Both the position numbers and the translations under genes were made by a program. Positions 1-9,228 of a stretch of DNA of 50,231 nucleotides are shown piece by piece. Origin of the DNA: a virus (Duplodnaviria; Caudoviricetes); the IMG/VR virus record IMGVR_UViG_3300030376_004672, positions 1-50,231 of that record. One strand, given 5' to 3'. The notes beneath the pieces are model-generated. The model saw only the letters and a list, made by a program, of their open reading frames with translations. It did not search any database and had not been told where the DNA came from. Position 1 is the stretch's first letter. Every line of letters begins with the position of its first letter.

Positions 1-1527
1 GCTACAACATCCGCTGGATTTAGTGTAACTGGAAAACAAACCATAAGCACTATTGACCAAATAGGTAGTGATACTGACAAATTCTTAATGTCAGATAGTG
101 GTGAAATAAAGTATGTAACGGGAGCTAATTTAAGAAGTTATATCGGAGCAGGTACAGGTAGTGGTGATGTAGTCGCATCAGGCACACCTGTAGATAACCA
201 AGTTGCTATTTGGACGGATGCAACTACAGTTGAAGGAAATGCTAATATGACATTTAGTGGAACTGTTTTAACAGTTACCGGAGCAACATCAACAGAATGG
301 AATACTGCATACACAGATAGATTTAAATGGAATGGAGGGTCAACAGGGTTACTTGCAGCTGATGGAAGAACATCTTTGGGTGCAACTACGGTAGGTGCAG
401 CTTATTTTACACTTAGTAATCCTAGTGCGGTTACTTTTCCAAGAATGAATGCTGACAACTCAGTTAGCTCATTAAGTGCTTCAGATTTTAGAACAGCGAT
501 TGGTGCAGGTACTTCTTCAACTGCAGGTACTGTAACCTCGGTTGCATTTACTGAACAAACAGGAAATAAAGCAGGTATTACATTAGGAGGAAGTTCAAGT
601 TGGACTACAAGCGGAACATTAAATATAGGACTTGATATTCAAGGTCAAACCGCATTAGGAGCAACAGCTGCCGGTGGAGATTACTTATTAATTTATGACA
701 CAAGTGGCTTAGCCAATAAAAAAGTAAGTGTAACTAATTTAGTTGCCGCTGCTCCACAAGGGGATGTTACAGCTTCTTCAACAACTACTTTTACAAATAA
801 AAGTGGTAATATATCACAATGGACAAATGATTCAGGATATACTACTAATTCAGGAACGGTAACAGGTACAGGTGTAAATCAGAGAATAGCGTATTGGACA
901 GGCACTTCATCACTTAGTAGTGATAATGGATTAACATATAACAGTACAGATAATAAATTAATCTTTAATGGCGATTATGCTATTAGAGAAGACGGGAGTG
1001 GTACGTTTGAATTAAATTGTGATGGCTCAGATATAATTACTAAAATAAATGGCTTTGGTTCAAATGGGTCTATGACGTTTGATGAAAATTCAATTTATAC
1101 TACAGCAAGTGGATTCTATGTTCCTTCGGGATATGGTATATCTGCAGGTACAACTTCAACTGCAAGTGGTACAATCAGAGCAACAGGTAACATTATAGCA
1201 TACTATTCGGATGAAAGACTAAAAGATTTTAAAGGTAATATTCCTGATGCTTTAGATAAAGTGTGTAAACTAAATGGTTATTATTATACACAAAATGAAA
1301 AAGCAGCTGAACTTGGATATGAAAATTATGAAAGACAAGTAGGAGTTAGTGCACAAGAAGTTCAAAGAGTTATGCCTGAAGTTATTGAAACTGCACCTAT
1401 CTCTTACGATAATGATGAAGATTATTTAACAGTAGATTATGGTAGATTAGTACCATTACTAATTGAATCTATCAAAGAATTAAAAAATGAAATAGAAATT
1501 TTAAAAAATAAATCATGTGGAAATTAA
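1..1527 (+). CDS. Tail fibre/spike with C-terminal intramolecular chaperone (peptidase S74-like); 5'-truncated
   Basis: Frame 1 is open from base 1, so the ATG at 88 is probably internal. G/S/T-rich shaft; C-terminal YYSDERLK...GVSAQEVQRVMPEV...VDYGRLVPLLIESIKEL autocleavage-chaperone signature. Confidence 0.85.
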   Translation, partial: ATTSAGFSVTGKQTISTIDQIGSDTDKFLMSDSGEIKYVTGANLRSYIGAGTGSGDVVASGTPVDNQVAIWTDATTVEGNANMTFSGTVLTVTGATSTEWNTAYTDRFKWNGGSTGLLAADGRTSLGATTVGAAYFTLSNPSAVTFPRMNADNSVSSLSASDFRTAIGAGTSSTAGTVTSVAFTEQTGNKAGITLGGSSSWTTSGTLNIGLDIQGQTALGATAAGGDYLLIYDTSGLANKKVSVTNLVAAAPQGDVTASSTTTFTNKSGNISQWTNDSGYTTNSGTVTGTGVNQRIAYWTGTSSLSSDNGLTYNSTDNKLIFNGDYAIREDGSGTFELNCDGSDIITKINGFGSNGSMTFDENSIYTTASGFYVPSGYGISAGTTSTASGTIRATGNIIAYYSDERLKDFKGNIPDALDKVCKLNGYYYTQNEKAAELGYENYERQVGVSAQEVQRVMPEVIETAPISYDNDEDYLTVDYGRLVPLLIESIKELKNEIEILKNKSCGN

Positions 1528-1778
1528 CAAAACAATATTGGAAAGATATGTGGAATGCTTTATGGAATAAAACCTCCATCGATGAAAAAAGTATAGCTGC
1601 TTTAAAAGAAATTAAAAAAAGATATAAACTAACTTCTAAAGAATTAGCCGATGTGGGTAATGCTTTAAAGCAAGTAGGAAATCAACTAGATGATATTCCA
1701 AGAGCGTTAGCAGGTAAAAAAAGAAAAGGCAGAAAGTTGAATATGCCTAAGCCGACTAATATGGGAGGAAAAAAATAA
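1515..1778 (+). CDS. Hypothetical basic protein, Trp-rich amphipathic N-terminus
   Basis: 87-aa ORF overlapping the upstream stop, A-rich start context. Confidence 0.6.
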   Translation: MWKLTKQYWKDMWNALWNKTSIDEKSIAALKEIKKRYKLTSKELADVGNALKQVGNQLDDIPRALAGKKRKGRKLNMPKPTNMGGKK

Positions 1779-1784
1779 TATATT

Positions 1785-2258
1785 ATGGCTATACCCTCGT
1801 CAGGAGCATTAGACTTTTTAAATATGGCTAGAGAATGTGCGTATGGTACATGGGGGTCAGGAAGTATAACCGGAGCTATATCTATTAGAGATTTAGTTGC
1901 AGGAGGAAATACATATGGGTCAGGTCAATCCTATCCTTCAATTAATACTTCGAGTTCATCTTATCCTCCTAACACTACACCTGTACAAACTAATTCCTTT
2001 TATGGATATGACAAAGATGCGTCATCTATTACGGCATTTAGTGGAAGTTTTGGTGGAGGTAGTGGTAAGGCAGTTTGTGGCTCTGCAACTAATGTAACTT
2101 ATTATCACGATGGTTCAGGAACATATCCTTCTGTTGGTGACAATTGTTATACTAATTCAGCAGGTACTTCACCAATGGCTGACAATTATTATAAAATGGC
2201 AAATGGTGGATTATTGTATGTTGAAGATGAACAAGCTAGTAGTATAGCAACTTGTTAG
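1785..2258 (+). CDS. Small tail-associated structural protein
   Basis: MAIPSSGAL N-terminus typical of small proteins following S74 tail fibres; G/S/T-rich; C-terminal Cys-bounded domain. Confidence 0.6.
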   Translation: MAIPSSGALDFLNMARECAYGTWGSGSITGAISIRDLVAGGNTYGSGQSYPSINTSSSSYPPNTTPVQTNSFYGYDKDASSITAFSGSFGGGSGKAVCGSATNVTYYHDGSGTYPSVGDNCYTNSAGTSPMADNYYKMANGGLLYVEDEQASSIATC

Positions 2259-2279
2259 AGAGTTTAGATAATATTTTAT

Positions 2280-2287
2280 TATCTTTG
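2280..2287 (+). promoter_or_regulatory. Bacteroidota-type -7 element TATCTTTG (late class, no -33)
   Basis: Matches TAnnTTTG, intergenic, 40 nt upstream of ATG 2328. Confidence 0.6.
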
Positions 2288-2327
2288 TAAAAATAAAAAT
2301 AATTATAAACACTTAAAATTTAATGAA

Positions 2328-2606
2328 ATGAGTAAAAAATTAACAGACACAGAATTAGAATCAATTCAAAAATCACAGAACGACTTTACAAAAGCTAAAT
2401 TAAGAATAGCTGATGTTGAGATGCAAAAGGCGGGAATTTTACAAGAACTAGATAAAATTAAATCCGAGTTTGCTGTTTTTGAACAAGAGTTGATTAAGAA
2501 GTACGGAAAGGATAGCAGTATTAATATGCAAACCGGAGAAGTAAGAACGGTGGAGGAAATAAAAGCTGAAGCTGAAAAAGAAAAAGAATCAGAAAAAAAA
2601 GAGTAA
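2328..2606 (+). CDS. Hypothetical coiled-coil protein (possible fibre-assembly chaperone)
   Basis: 92 aa, charged helical, abuts the start of the long fibre gene. Confidence 0.6.
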   Translation: MSKKLTDTELESIQKSQNDFTKAKLRIADVEMQKAGILQELDKIKSEFAVFEQELIKKYGKDSSINMQTGEVRTVEEIKAEAEKEKESEKKE

Positions 2607-5600
2607 ATGGCAAAAATTAGCGACACTACGAGTTATCCCAATATAACCCCGACAAATGAAGATTATTTAATATTAACAGATAAAGATTCTTCTTTAGCCA
2701 CTAAGACGGTTACAGTCGAAGCACTTCAGACGTTTATATTTGGGAATATAGCTTCGTCGCTAATACCAACAATTGATGACCAATTTGATATTGGTTCGTC
2801 AACTAAAGAATGGAAAGATTTATACATTGATGGAGTAGCTTATATAGATGATTTAAGAGCTGACGTTGGTGAAATAATTACGCTAACTGTTCCGACTAAT
2901 TTAATCGCTAGTGGCGTATTAACCTTATCGGGAACAGTTGGTGGTTCTTCTTTAATTACATCAACTTCTTTAGCAGGAGCTGCAAATACTAATTTAGCAA
3001 GTACACTTGCTATTAAGAGTTATGTAGATACAGCTATAGGAACTGTTGATGATTTATCATGTTCTTATGATACAAGTACAACAGCCGTAAATATACCGAC
3101 TCAATCTTTAAGAATATTAGGTACAGCAAACCAAGTAACCACAACAGGTGATGGAGCACAAACAATGCAAATTGCTTTTACAAGTAATATGATAACACCC
3201 GGTGATGTATCAGTAGGTGGAACTTCTTTAGTTCCTGTAACTGATAGCAATACAAAACTAGGTAGTTCTACATTAAAATGGACTGTGCTTGGAACAGATT
3301 CAATTATTGATGCATCAAATGCTCAAGGTACAGCTAATCAAGTTTTATCGGCAGGACCTGCAGGTAGTTCATTAGCTTGGATAGATATACCAAATGAAGA
3401 TTTATCAGTAAGAATAGGAAGTTCAGGAGGAGCTACTTTTGTGGTAGATTTAGCTACTGAGATGATTTCATTTGTTGGAACAACAAACGAGGTAGAAGTT
3501 TTGTCTCCTGTATCTGAAACTGTTGCATTTAGATTACCTGCAACTGTAACGTTTAGAGGAGCTATTGAAACGCAAGACATAAAAGCTCAAGGCGATATGC
3601 TTTACGATATTGGTACAAGTGCCGATAAATTTAGAGACTTATATGTTAGGTCTATTGCAGATGGAGCAGATAGTTTGGGTGGAGCTAATATGGTTTTAGC
3701 AAAAAATGCAGCTAATACAGCATTAGAGTGGACTACACCTGATGATTCTTCATTAGAATTTTTAGGAGATTCAAACACAGGAACACCTTCAGTAGATTTA
3801 AATTCTCAATCTTTTTCTGTTCTTGGAACAACAAGTCAAATAGTAACTGCAGGTAACAACCAAACATTAACTTTATCATTGCCTTCAGTATTAATTGCTC
3901 CGGGTTCAGTAAAAGCTACTACAAATTTAATTGCTACAGGCGATGTGCTTCCTGTTTCGGATAGCACAAGTAATTTAGCTTCAGCTACAGAAAAGTTTTT
4001 AGCATTATATGCTGACTTAATTTATGATGCAGCTGATTCAGCAGGTACATCAGGTCAAGTATTATCATCTACAGGTTCAGGATTAGCATGGGTGGCAAAC
4101 ACAGGTACAGACGATTTACAAATTGCAGGTGATACAGGAACAGGAGTTGTTGACCTTCCAACACAAACATTAACTGTTGCCGGAACATCAAATGAAATTG
4201 TAACAGTTGGAGGTTCACAAACAATTACTGTTGCCTTTCCAACGGACATAACTACTAAAAACGATATTAATATAACAGGAGATGTTTTACCTGTTACTGA
4301 CAGCAATAGTAAATTAGGTAGTTCTTCATTAAAATGGGTATCTCTAGCTACTGATGATATTTTAGATGGTACGAATAGTACAGGTACAGAGTATCAAGTA
4401 TTAAGAAAAAATTTAGGTAATACTGCTTTAGAGTGGTATGTACCAACTGTATATTTTATAGGTGATTCCGGTACAAATTCATCTGTTAGTATTGGTGAAA
4501 GTTCTTCATCAGCTCCAATGAGATTTTTGGGAACTGCTAATGAAATAACAACAGTATCTGATGCTACAAGAACAATCACATATAGTATCCCATCAACATT
4601 TGTAGCTCCGGGCAGTATCGAATCAACAACCACTATTACCGTAGGTACTGATTTACTTCCTAAGAGTGACCTTACTACTAAAATAGGAAGTGGTAGTGAA
4701 AGAATGTTAAGAATGTATTTAAGTGAATTGTATGACCATGCAGGTTCAGGAGGAACAAATGGTCAAGTTCTATCTTCAAATGCTTCCGGGCAATTAGCAT
4801 GGGCTGCACAAAATAACAGTACATTAAATATATCTGATGGTACAACTGCAGGTAGTGTTGCTTTACCAACACAATCCTTAACTATTGCAGGTACTGCAAA
4901 TGAAATTACCTCAACAGTATCAGGTCAGTCAGCTACATTGTCACTACCTTCAAACGTAGTAGTACCGGATACAATGGAAATTACTACTTCATTATCCCCT
5001 AAAACAACTGCGGCAGTACCACTTGGTACAACATTATTAAGATGGTCAGAAATATGGGTAAACGATATTCAAGCAGTTAATGGCGGATTAGGAACTGCAG
5101 GACAGTATTTAGTTAAAAATGGTGCTAACCAATTATCATGGTCTTCAATAACTGCTAATTCTTTAGAGTTTTTAGGAGACTCAAACACAGGTACACCGGC
5201 GGTGGATTTAGCTACACAATCTTTAACTATTGCGGGTACAGCTAATGAAATAGAAACTGCAGGTAATGCACAAGCATTAACTATAGCTTTCCCAACGGAT
5301 ATAACTACAAAAGGTGAACTTAATAGTGTTGGTATTGTAAAACCAACTACTGACGTAGCTATTGACTTAGGTACATCCGCATTAAGATGGAAAGATATAT
5401 ATGTAAAAGAAATTAGAGATGCAGGTGACAACGTAGGTACATCAGGACAAATTTTGGCAAAAAACCCTGCGAACACCGGATTAATATGGGTTAATAGTGG
5501 AACAGCAAATGTTGTAGAAACAACAACTACTATATCAAATGCACAAATGATGGCTTTAGCTACAACACCAATAGAATTAGTTCCTGCTCCGGGTGCAGGT

Positions 5601-5918
5601 AAAATGATTAGTGTAGTAGAATGTTTATGGAAATTAAGCTATTCAGCTCCAAACTTTGATTATACAAATGATGTTGCTGTTAGATTTTCAAGTGGTGGTA
5701 CTAATATTCAGTTCCAACCATTTTTAAATTTTGATAATGGTATGTTAAATTCAGGAAGTGATTTTTATCAAACAATACCTCCTGCACAAAGTAATGGAAA
5801 TGCAAATGGTCAGATTAAAGTGAACGCTGCATTAGAAGTATTTGCTGATACTAATCCAACACAAGGTGGAGGGTCAGCAACATTTAAAATAAAATATAGA
5901 ATAGAAGACGCATTCTAG
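2607..5918 (+). CDS. Long repetitive tail fibre protein
   Basis: 1103 aa, T/S/G-rich; about seven ~118-aa repeats (P.TD....LG....W...GT.GQVL......L.W...VDL.TQ.L.I.GT.NEI); C-terminal knob-like domain. Confidence 0.75.
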   Translation: MAKISDTTSYPNITPTNEDYLILTDKDSSLATKTVTVEALQTFIFGNIASSLIPTIDDQFDIGSSTKEWKDLYIDGVAYIDDLRADVGEIITLTVPTNLIASGVLTLSGTVGGSSLITSTSLAGAANTNLASTLAIKSYVDTAIGTVDDLSCSYDTSTTAVNIPTQSLRILGTANQVTTTGDGAQTMQIAFTSNMITPGDVSVGGTSLVPVTDSNTKLGSSTLKWTVLGTDSIIDASNAQGTANQVLSAGPAGSSLAWIDIPNEDLSVRIGSSGGATFVVDLATEMISFVGTTNEVEVLSPVSETVAFRLPATVTFRGAIETQDIKAQGDMLYDIGTSADKFRDLYVRSIADGADSLGGANMVLAKNAANTALEWTTPDDSSLEFLGDSNTGTPSVDLNSQSFSVLGTTSQIVTAGNNQTLTLSLPSVLIAPGSVKATTNLIATGDVLPVSDSTSNLASATEKFLALYADLIYDAADSAGTSGQVLSSTGSGLAWVANTGTDDLQIAGDTGTGVVDLPTQTLTVAGTSNEIVTVGGSQTITVAFPTDITTKNDINITGDVLPVTDSNSKLGSSSLKWVSLATDDILDGTNSTGTEYQVLRKNLGNTALEWYVPTVYFIGDSGTNSSVSIGESSSSAPMRFLGTANEITTVSDATRTITYSIPSTFVAPGSIESTTTITVGTDLLPKSDLTTKIGSGSERMLRMYLSELYDHAGSGGTNGQVLSSNASGQLAWAAQNNSTLNISDGTTAGSVALPTQSLTIAGTANEITSTVSGQSATLSLPSNVVVPDTMEITTSLSPKTTAAVPLGTTLLRWSEIWVNDIQAVNGGLGTAGQYLVKNGANQLSWSSITANSLEFLGDSNTGTPAVDLATQSLTIAGTANEIETAGNAQALTIAFPTDITTKGELNSVGIVKPTTDVAIDLGTSALRWKDIYVKEIRDAGDNVGTSGQILAKNPANTGLIWVNSGTANVVETTTTISNAQMMALATTPIELVPAPGAGKMISVVECLWKLSYSAPNFDYTNDVAVRFSSGGTNIQFQPFLNFDNGMLNSGSDFYQTIPPAQSNGNANGQIKVNAALEVFADTNPTQGGGSATFKIKYRIEDAF

Positions 5919-5930
5919 AAATAAAATGTA

Positions 5931-6155
5931 ATGGATATAAGAAAAATTTCAGTAGGACCTGACTATAAATCAGGTGCTATGCATTATTTAGTTGGACAAG
6001 AAGTATTAGGAGGAAACTATATTATCCATTTAATAAAGTTTGAAACTTCATCAGGTAATTTTAATATATACATAATTCAAGGCAATGAAATCAAATTATG
6101 GAAATCGTTTAACAGAGTGATGCCGATTTCTATTGAATATAATATAAATTTTTAA
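5931..6155 (+). CDS. Hypothetical protein
   Basis: 74-aa ORF tightly packed in the operon (MDIRKISVGPDYK). Confidence 0.7.
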   Translation: MDIRKISVGPDYKSGAMHYLVGQEVLGGNYIIHLIKFETSSGNFNIYIIQGNEIKLWKSFNRVMPISIEYNINF

Positions 6156-6168
6156 ACAATGAATCAAA

Positions 6169-6732
6169 ATGCAATCACCTCACAGCTTCATCGTACAACC
6201 GGTAAAAGGAAAAAGATACGATAATACTAAAAATTTTGGTGAGGTAGAATTTATTGTTAGTTCTTCACAAGAAGACCATAAGTTTTCAAATCGTTATGGG
6301 ATAGTAGTTTCTTTACCATTAAATTATTGCGGACCTATTGAAGTAGGTGATATATTATTAGTTCATCATAATGTTTTTAAATATTATTATGACATGAAAG
6401 GTATACAGAAAAGCGGCAGAAGTTATTTTAAAGATGATTTATTTTTTATAGATAACGACCAATTTTTTTTGTATAATAAAAATGGAGAATGGTTTGCTCA
6501 CGACAAATATTGTTTTGTAGAACCAATTGCAGCTAAAGATTATTATTTAAATAAAGCGGTTAAATACGAGCCATTAATGGGTATTATGAAATATCCAAAT
6601 GATGAGTTAATAAAGCATGGAGTAAAAAAAGGTGATGAAGTAGCTTTTCAACCTGAAAGTGAATATGAATTTAGAATTGATGATGTATTAATGTATAGAG
6701 TTATGTCTCAATTTATAACAGTTAAATTATGA
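6169..6732 (+). CDS. GroES/Cpn10-like co-chaperonin, apparently two tandem domains
   Basis: G.VV..P......I.VGD.LL and G.MKY......GVKKGDEV.F....EY....D...Y patterns resemble Cpn10 beta-barrels; sits next to head genes. Confidence 0.55.
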   Translation: MQSPHSFIVQPVKGKRYDNTKNFGEVEFIVSSSQEDHKFSNRYGIVVSLPLNYCGPIEVGDILLVHHNVFKYYYDMKGIQKSGRSYFKDDLFFIDNDQFFLYNKNGEWFAHDKYCFVEPIAAKDYYLNKAVKYEPLMGIMKYPNDELIKHGVKKGDEVAFQPESEYEFRIDDVLMYRVMSQFITVKL

Positions 6733-7004
6733 GTAATACTGAAATTAAATTAAAAATAATTGAAGCAGGACAAAAGGCAGTCGATGAATTGATTAGTGTG
6801 GCTAAAGAAAAAATAGTTACCGGAAGCGAAGATGATTTGTCGGCTGATAGATTAAAAAATGCAGCAGCTACAAAAAAGTTAGCAATATTTGATGCATTTG
6901 AAATACTAAATAGAATCGAACAAGAAAGAGATGTTATTGAACTAGAAAGTAAAGGTATAAAACAAACAACAAATCAGGGTTTTGCAGAAAGACGTTCTAA
7001 ATAA
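6729..7004 (+). CDS. Putative terminase small subunit
   Basis: 91-aa helical ORF directly upstream of and overlapping TerL; ATGA coupling with the previous gene. Confidence 0.55.
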   Translation: MSNTEIKLKIIEAGQKAVDELISVAKEKIVTGSEDDLSADRLKNAAATKKLAIFDAFEILNRIEQERDVIELESKGIKQTTNQGFAERRSK

Positions 7005-9228
7005 ATTATATACCAAATTAGTTGGAGTCATTCCTAAAAATGTGCTTGTTAAAAAAAATAAAAGTGCAACTTGGAAATATGGATACAATGAAAAATATGA
7101 CATTGTTGTTATATCAAAAACAGGTGAAATTGGAGATATAATAAAAATGAATGGTATAAATATTGCATTACCACTCCAACCAAAAAAAATTACTAAAAGA
7201 CATAGTGCAACAAAGCATCAATATTGGGAAAGGCACGAATACCCTAAATCACTAAAAAGAATTTCTACCATATTTCAATGGAACGACCAACCCAATACAT
7301 TTAAAAACCAATGGATTGATTATATAGAACAAGAGTTTGATTATAGAGAATATGGGTATTGGTTTTACAATAACGGTATTCCGACATATATGACAGGTTC
7401 TCATTATATGTATTTACAATGGACAAAAATTGATGTAGGTTATCCTGATTTTAGAGAAGCAAACAGATTGTTTTTTATTTATTGGGAAGCGTGTAGGGCA
7501 GACCTGAGAAGTTTCGGTTTATGTTATTTAAAAATAAGACGTTCCGGATTTTCTTTTATGGGTTCTTCCGAATGTGTTAATACAGGAACATTAGCTAAAG
7601 ATTCAAGGGTAGGTATTCTTTCTAAAACAGGTTCGGATGCTAAAAAAATGTTTACAGACAAGGTTGTGCCTATTGGAAGTAATTTACCATTTTTCTTTAA
7701 ACCTATTCAAGATGGTATGGATAAGCCAAAAACTGAATTAGCTTTTAGAGTACCTGCTTCAAAAATTACAAAGAAAAATATGTATACCGTTGAAGAGGAA
7801 GAGCTAGATGGGTTAGATACTACTATAGATTGGAAGAATACTGATGATAACTCTTATGATGGTGAAAAATTATTATTATTAGTTCATGATGAAAGTGGTA
7901 AATGGCTAAAGCCAAATAACATATTAAATAATTGGCGTGTTACTAAAACTTGTTTAAGGTTAGGTAGTAAAGTTATTGGTAAATGTATGATGGGCTCTAC
8001 TTCCAATGCTTTAAGTAAGGGGGGTGATAATTTTAAAAGTTTGTATGAAGATTCGGATAGTTCTAAAAGAAATGCGAATGGTCAGACAAAAAGTGGATTA
8101 TATAATTTATTTATTCCTATGGAGTGGAATATGGAAGGGTTTATTGATAGATATGGAATGCCTGTTTTAGAAACCCCATCTACACCAATTTTAGGAATCG
8201 ATAATGAAATGATTAGAATAGGAGCAATTGAGTATTGGGAGAATGAGGTTGAATCATTAAAATCCGACCCTGATGCTTTAAATGAATATTACAGACAATT
8301 TCCTAGGTCTGAATCTCACGCATTTAGAGATGAAAGTAAACAGTCATTGTTTAATCTAACAAAAATATACCAACAAATAGATTATAATGATTCATTAATA
8401 ATTCAACATCATGTTACTCAAGGAGGGTTTTATTGGAAAAATGGAATAAAAGACAGCGAAGTAATGTTTAAACCTGATAAACGAGGAAGATTTTTGGTTG
8501 GATGGACTCCATCAAAACAACTTCAAAATAAATATTATATCCGCAATGGGAAAAAATATCCGGGCAATGAACATATTGGTTCTTTTGGATGTGACTCCTA
8601 TGATATTTCAGGTGTTGTTGGAGGTGGAGGTTCTAATGGTGCTTTACATGGGATGACTAAATTTAACATGGATGACGCACCAAGTAATGAGTTTTTTTTA
8701 GAATATGTAGCAAGACCTCAAACTGCTGAAATATTTTTTGAAGAAGTTTTAATGGCTTGTGTATTTTATGGTATGCCAATATTATGTGAAAACAATAAAC
8801 CTCGTCTTTTATATCATTTTAAAAACAGAGGGTATAGGGGTTATAGTTTAAATAGACCCGATAAAGTATATAATAAATTATCAAAAACAGAAAGAGAATT
8901 AGGTGGTATCCCTAACTCAAGTGAAGATGTAAAACAATCACATGCCGCAGCAATAGAATCATATATTGAAAAATATGTAGGTTTAGATTTTGAAGGAACA
9001 TTTAGAGATTCCGAAGATATGGGTACAATGTATTTTACAAAGACGCTTGAAGATTGGGCAAAGTTTGATATTTCAAATAGAACTCGTTTTGATGCAACTA
9101 TAAGTTCAGGATTGGCAATAATGGCTAATCAAAAACACTTATATTTACCGACCAAAAAAGAGTCAAAAATAAGCATTAACTTTGCAAGATACACGAATAC
9201 AGGAACATTAAGCAAAATATTACAATGA
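6982..9228 (+). CDS. terL: Terminase large subunit (start codon uncertain)
   Basis: Walker A-like LKIRRSGFS, Walker B LLLVHDESGKW, motif III GST, nuclease FGCDSYD and RFDATIS; precedes portal. Confidence 0.88.
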   Translation: MQKDVLNKLYTKLVGVIPKNVLVKKNKSATWKYGYNEKYDIVVISKTGEIGDIIKMNGINIALPLQPKKITKRHSATKHQYWERHEYPKSLKRISTIFQWNDQPNTFKNQWIDYIEQEFDYREYGYWFYNNGIPTYMTGSHYMYLQWTKIDVGYPDFREANRLFFIYWEACRADLRSFGLCYLKIRRSGFSFMGSSECVNTGTLAKDSRVGILSKTGSDAKKMFTDKVVPIGSNLPFFFKPIQDGMDKPKTELAFRVPASKITKKNMYTVEEEELDGLDTTIDWKNTDDNSYDGEKLLLLVHDESGKWLKPNNILNNWRVTKTCLRLGSKVIGKCMMGSTSNALSKGGDNFKSLYEDSDSSKRNANGQTKSGLYNLFIPMEWNMEGFIDRYGMPVLETPSTPILGIDNEMIRIGAIEYWENEVESLKSDPDALNEYYRQFPRSESHAFRDESKQSLFNLTKIYQQIDYNDSLIIQHHVTQGGFYWKNGIKDSEVMFKPDKRGRFLVGWTPSKQLQNKYYIRNGKKYPGNEHIGSFGCDSYDISGVVGGGGSNGALHGMTKFNMDDAPSNEFFLEYVARPQTAEIFFEEVLMACVFYGMPILCENNKPRLLYHFKNRGYRGYSLNRPDKVYNKLSKTERELGGIPNSSEDVKQSHAAAIESYIEKYVGLDFEGTFRDSEDMGTMYFTKTLEDWAKFDISNRTRFDATISSGLAIMANQKHLYLPTKKESKISINFARYTNTGTLSKILQ
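9177..9184 (+). promoter_or_regulatory. -7 element TAACTTTG in the terL 3' end, upstream of portal
   Basis: Matches TAnnTTTG 40 nt before ATG 9225. Confidence 0.45.
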
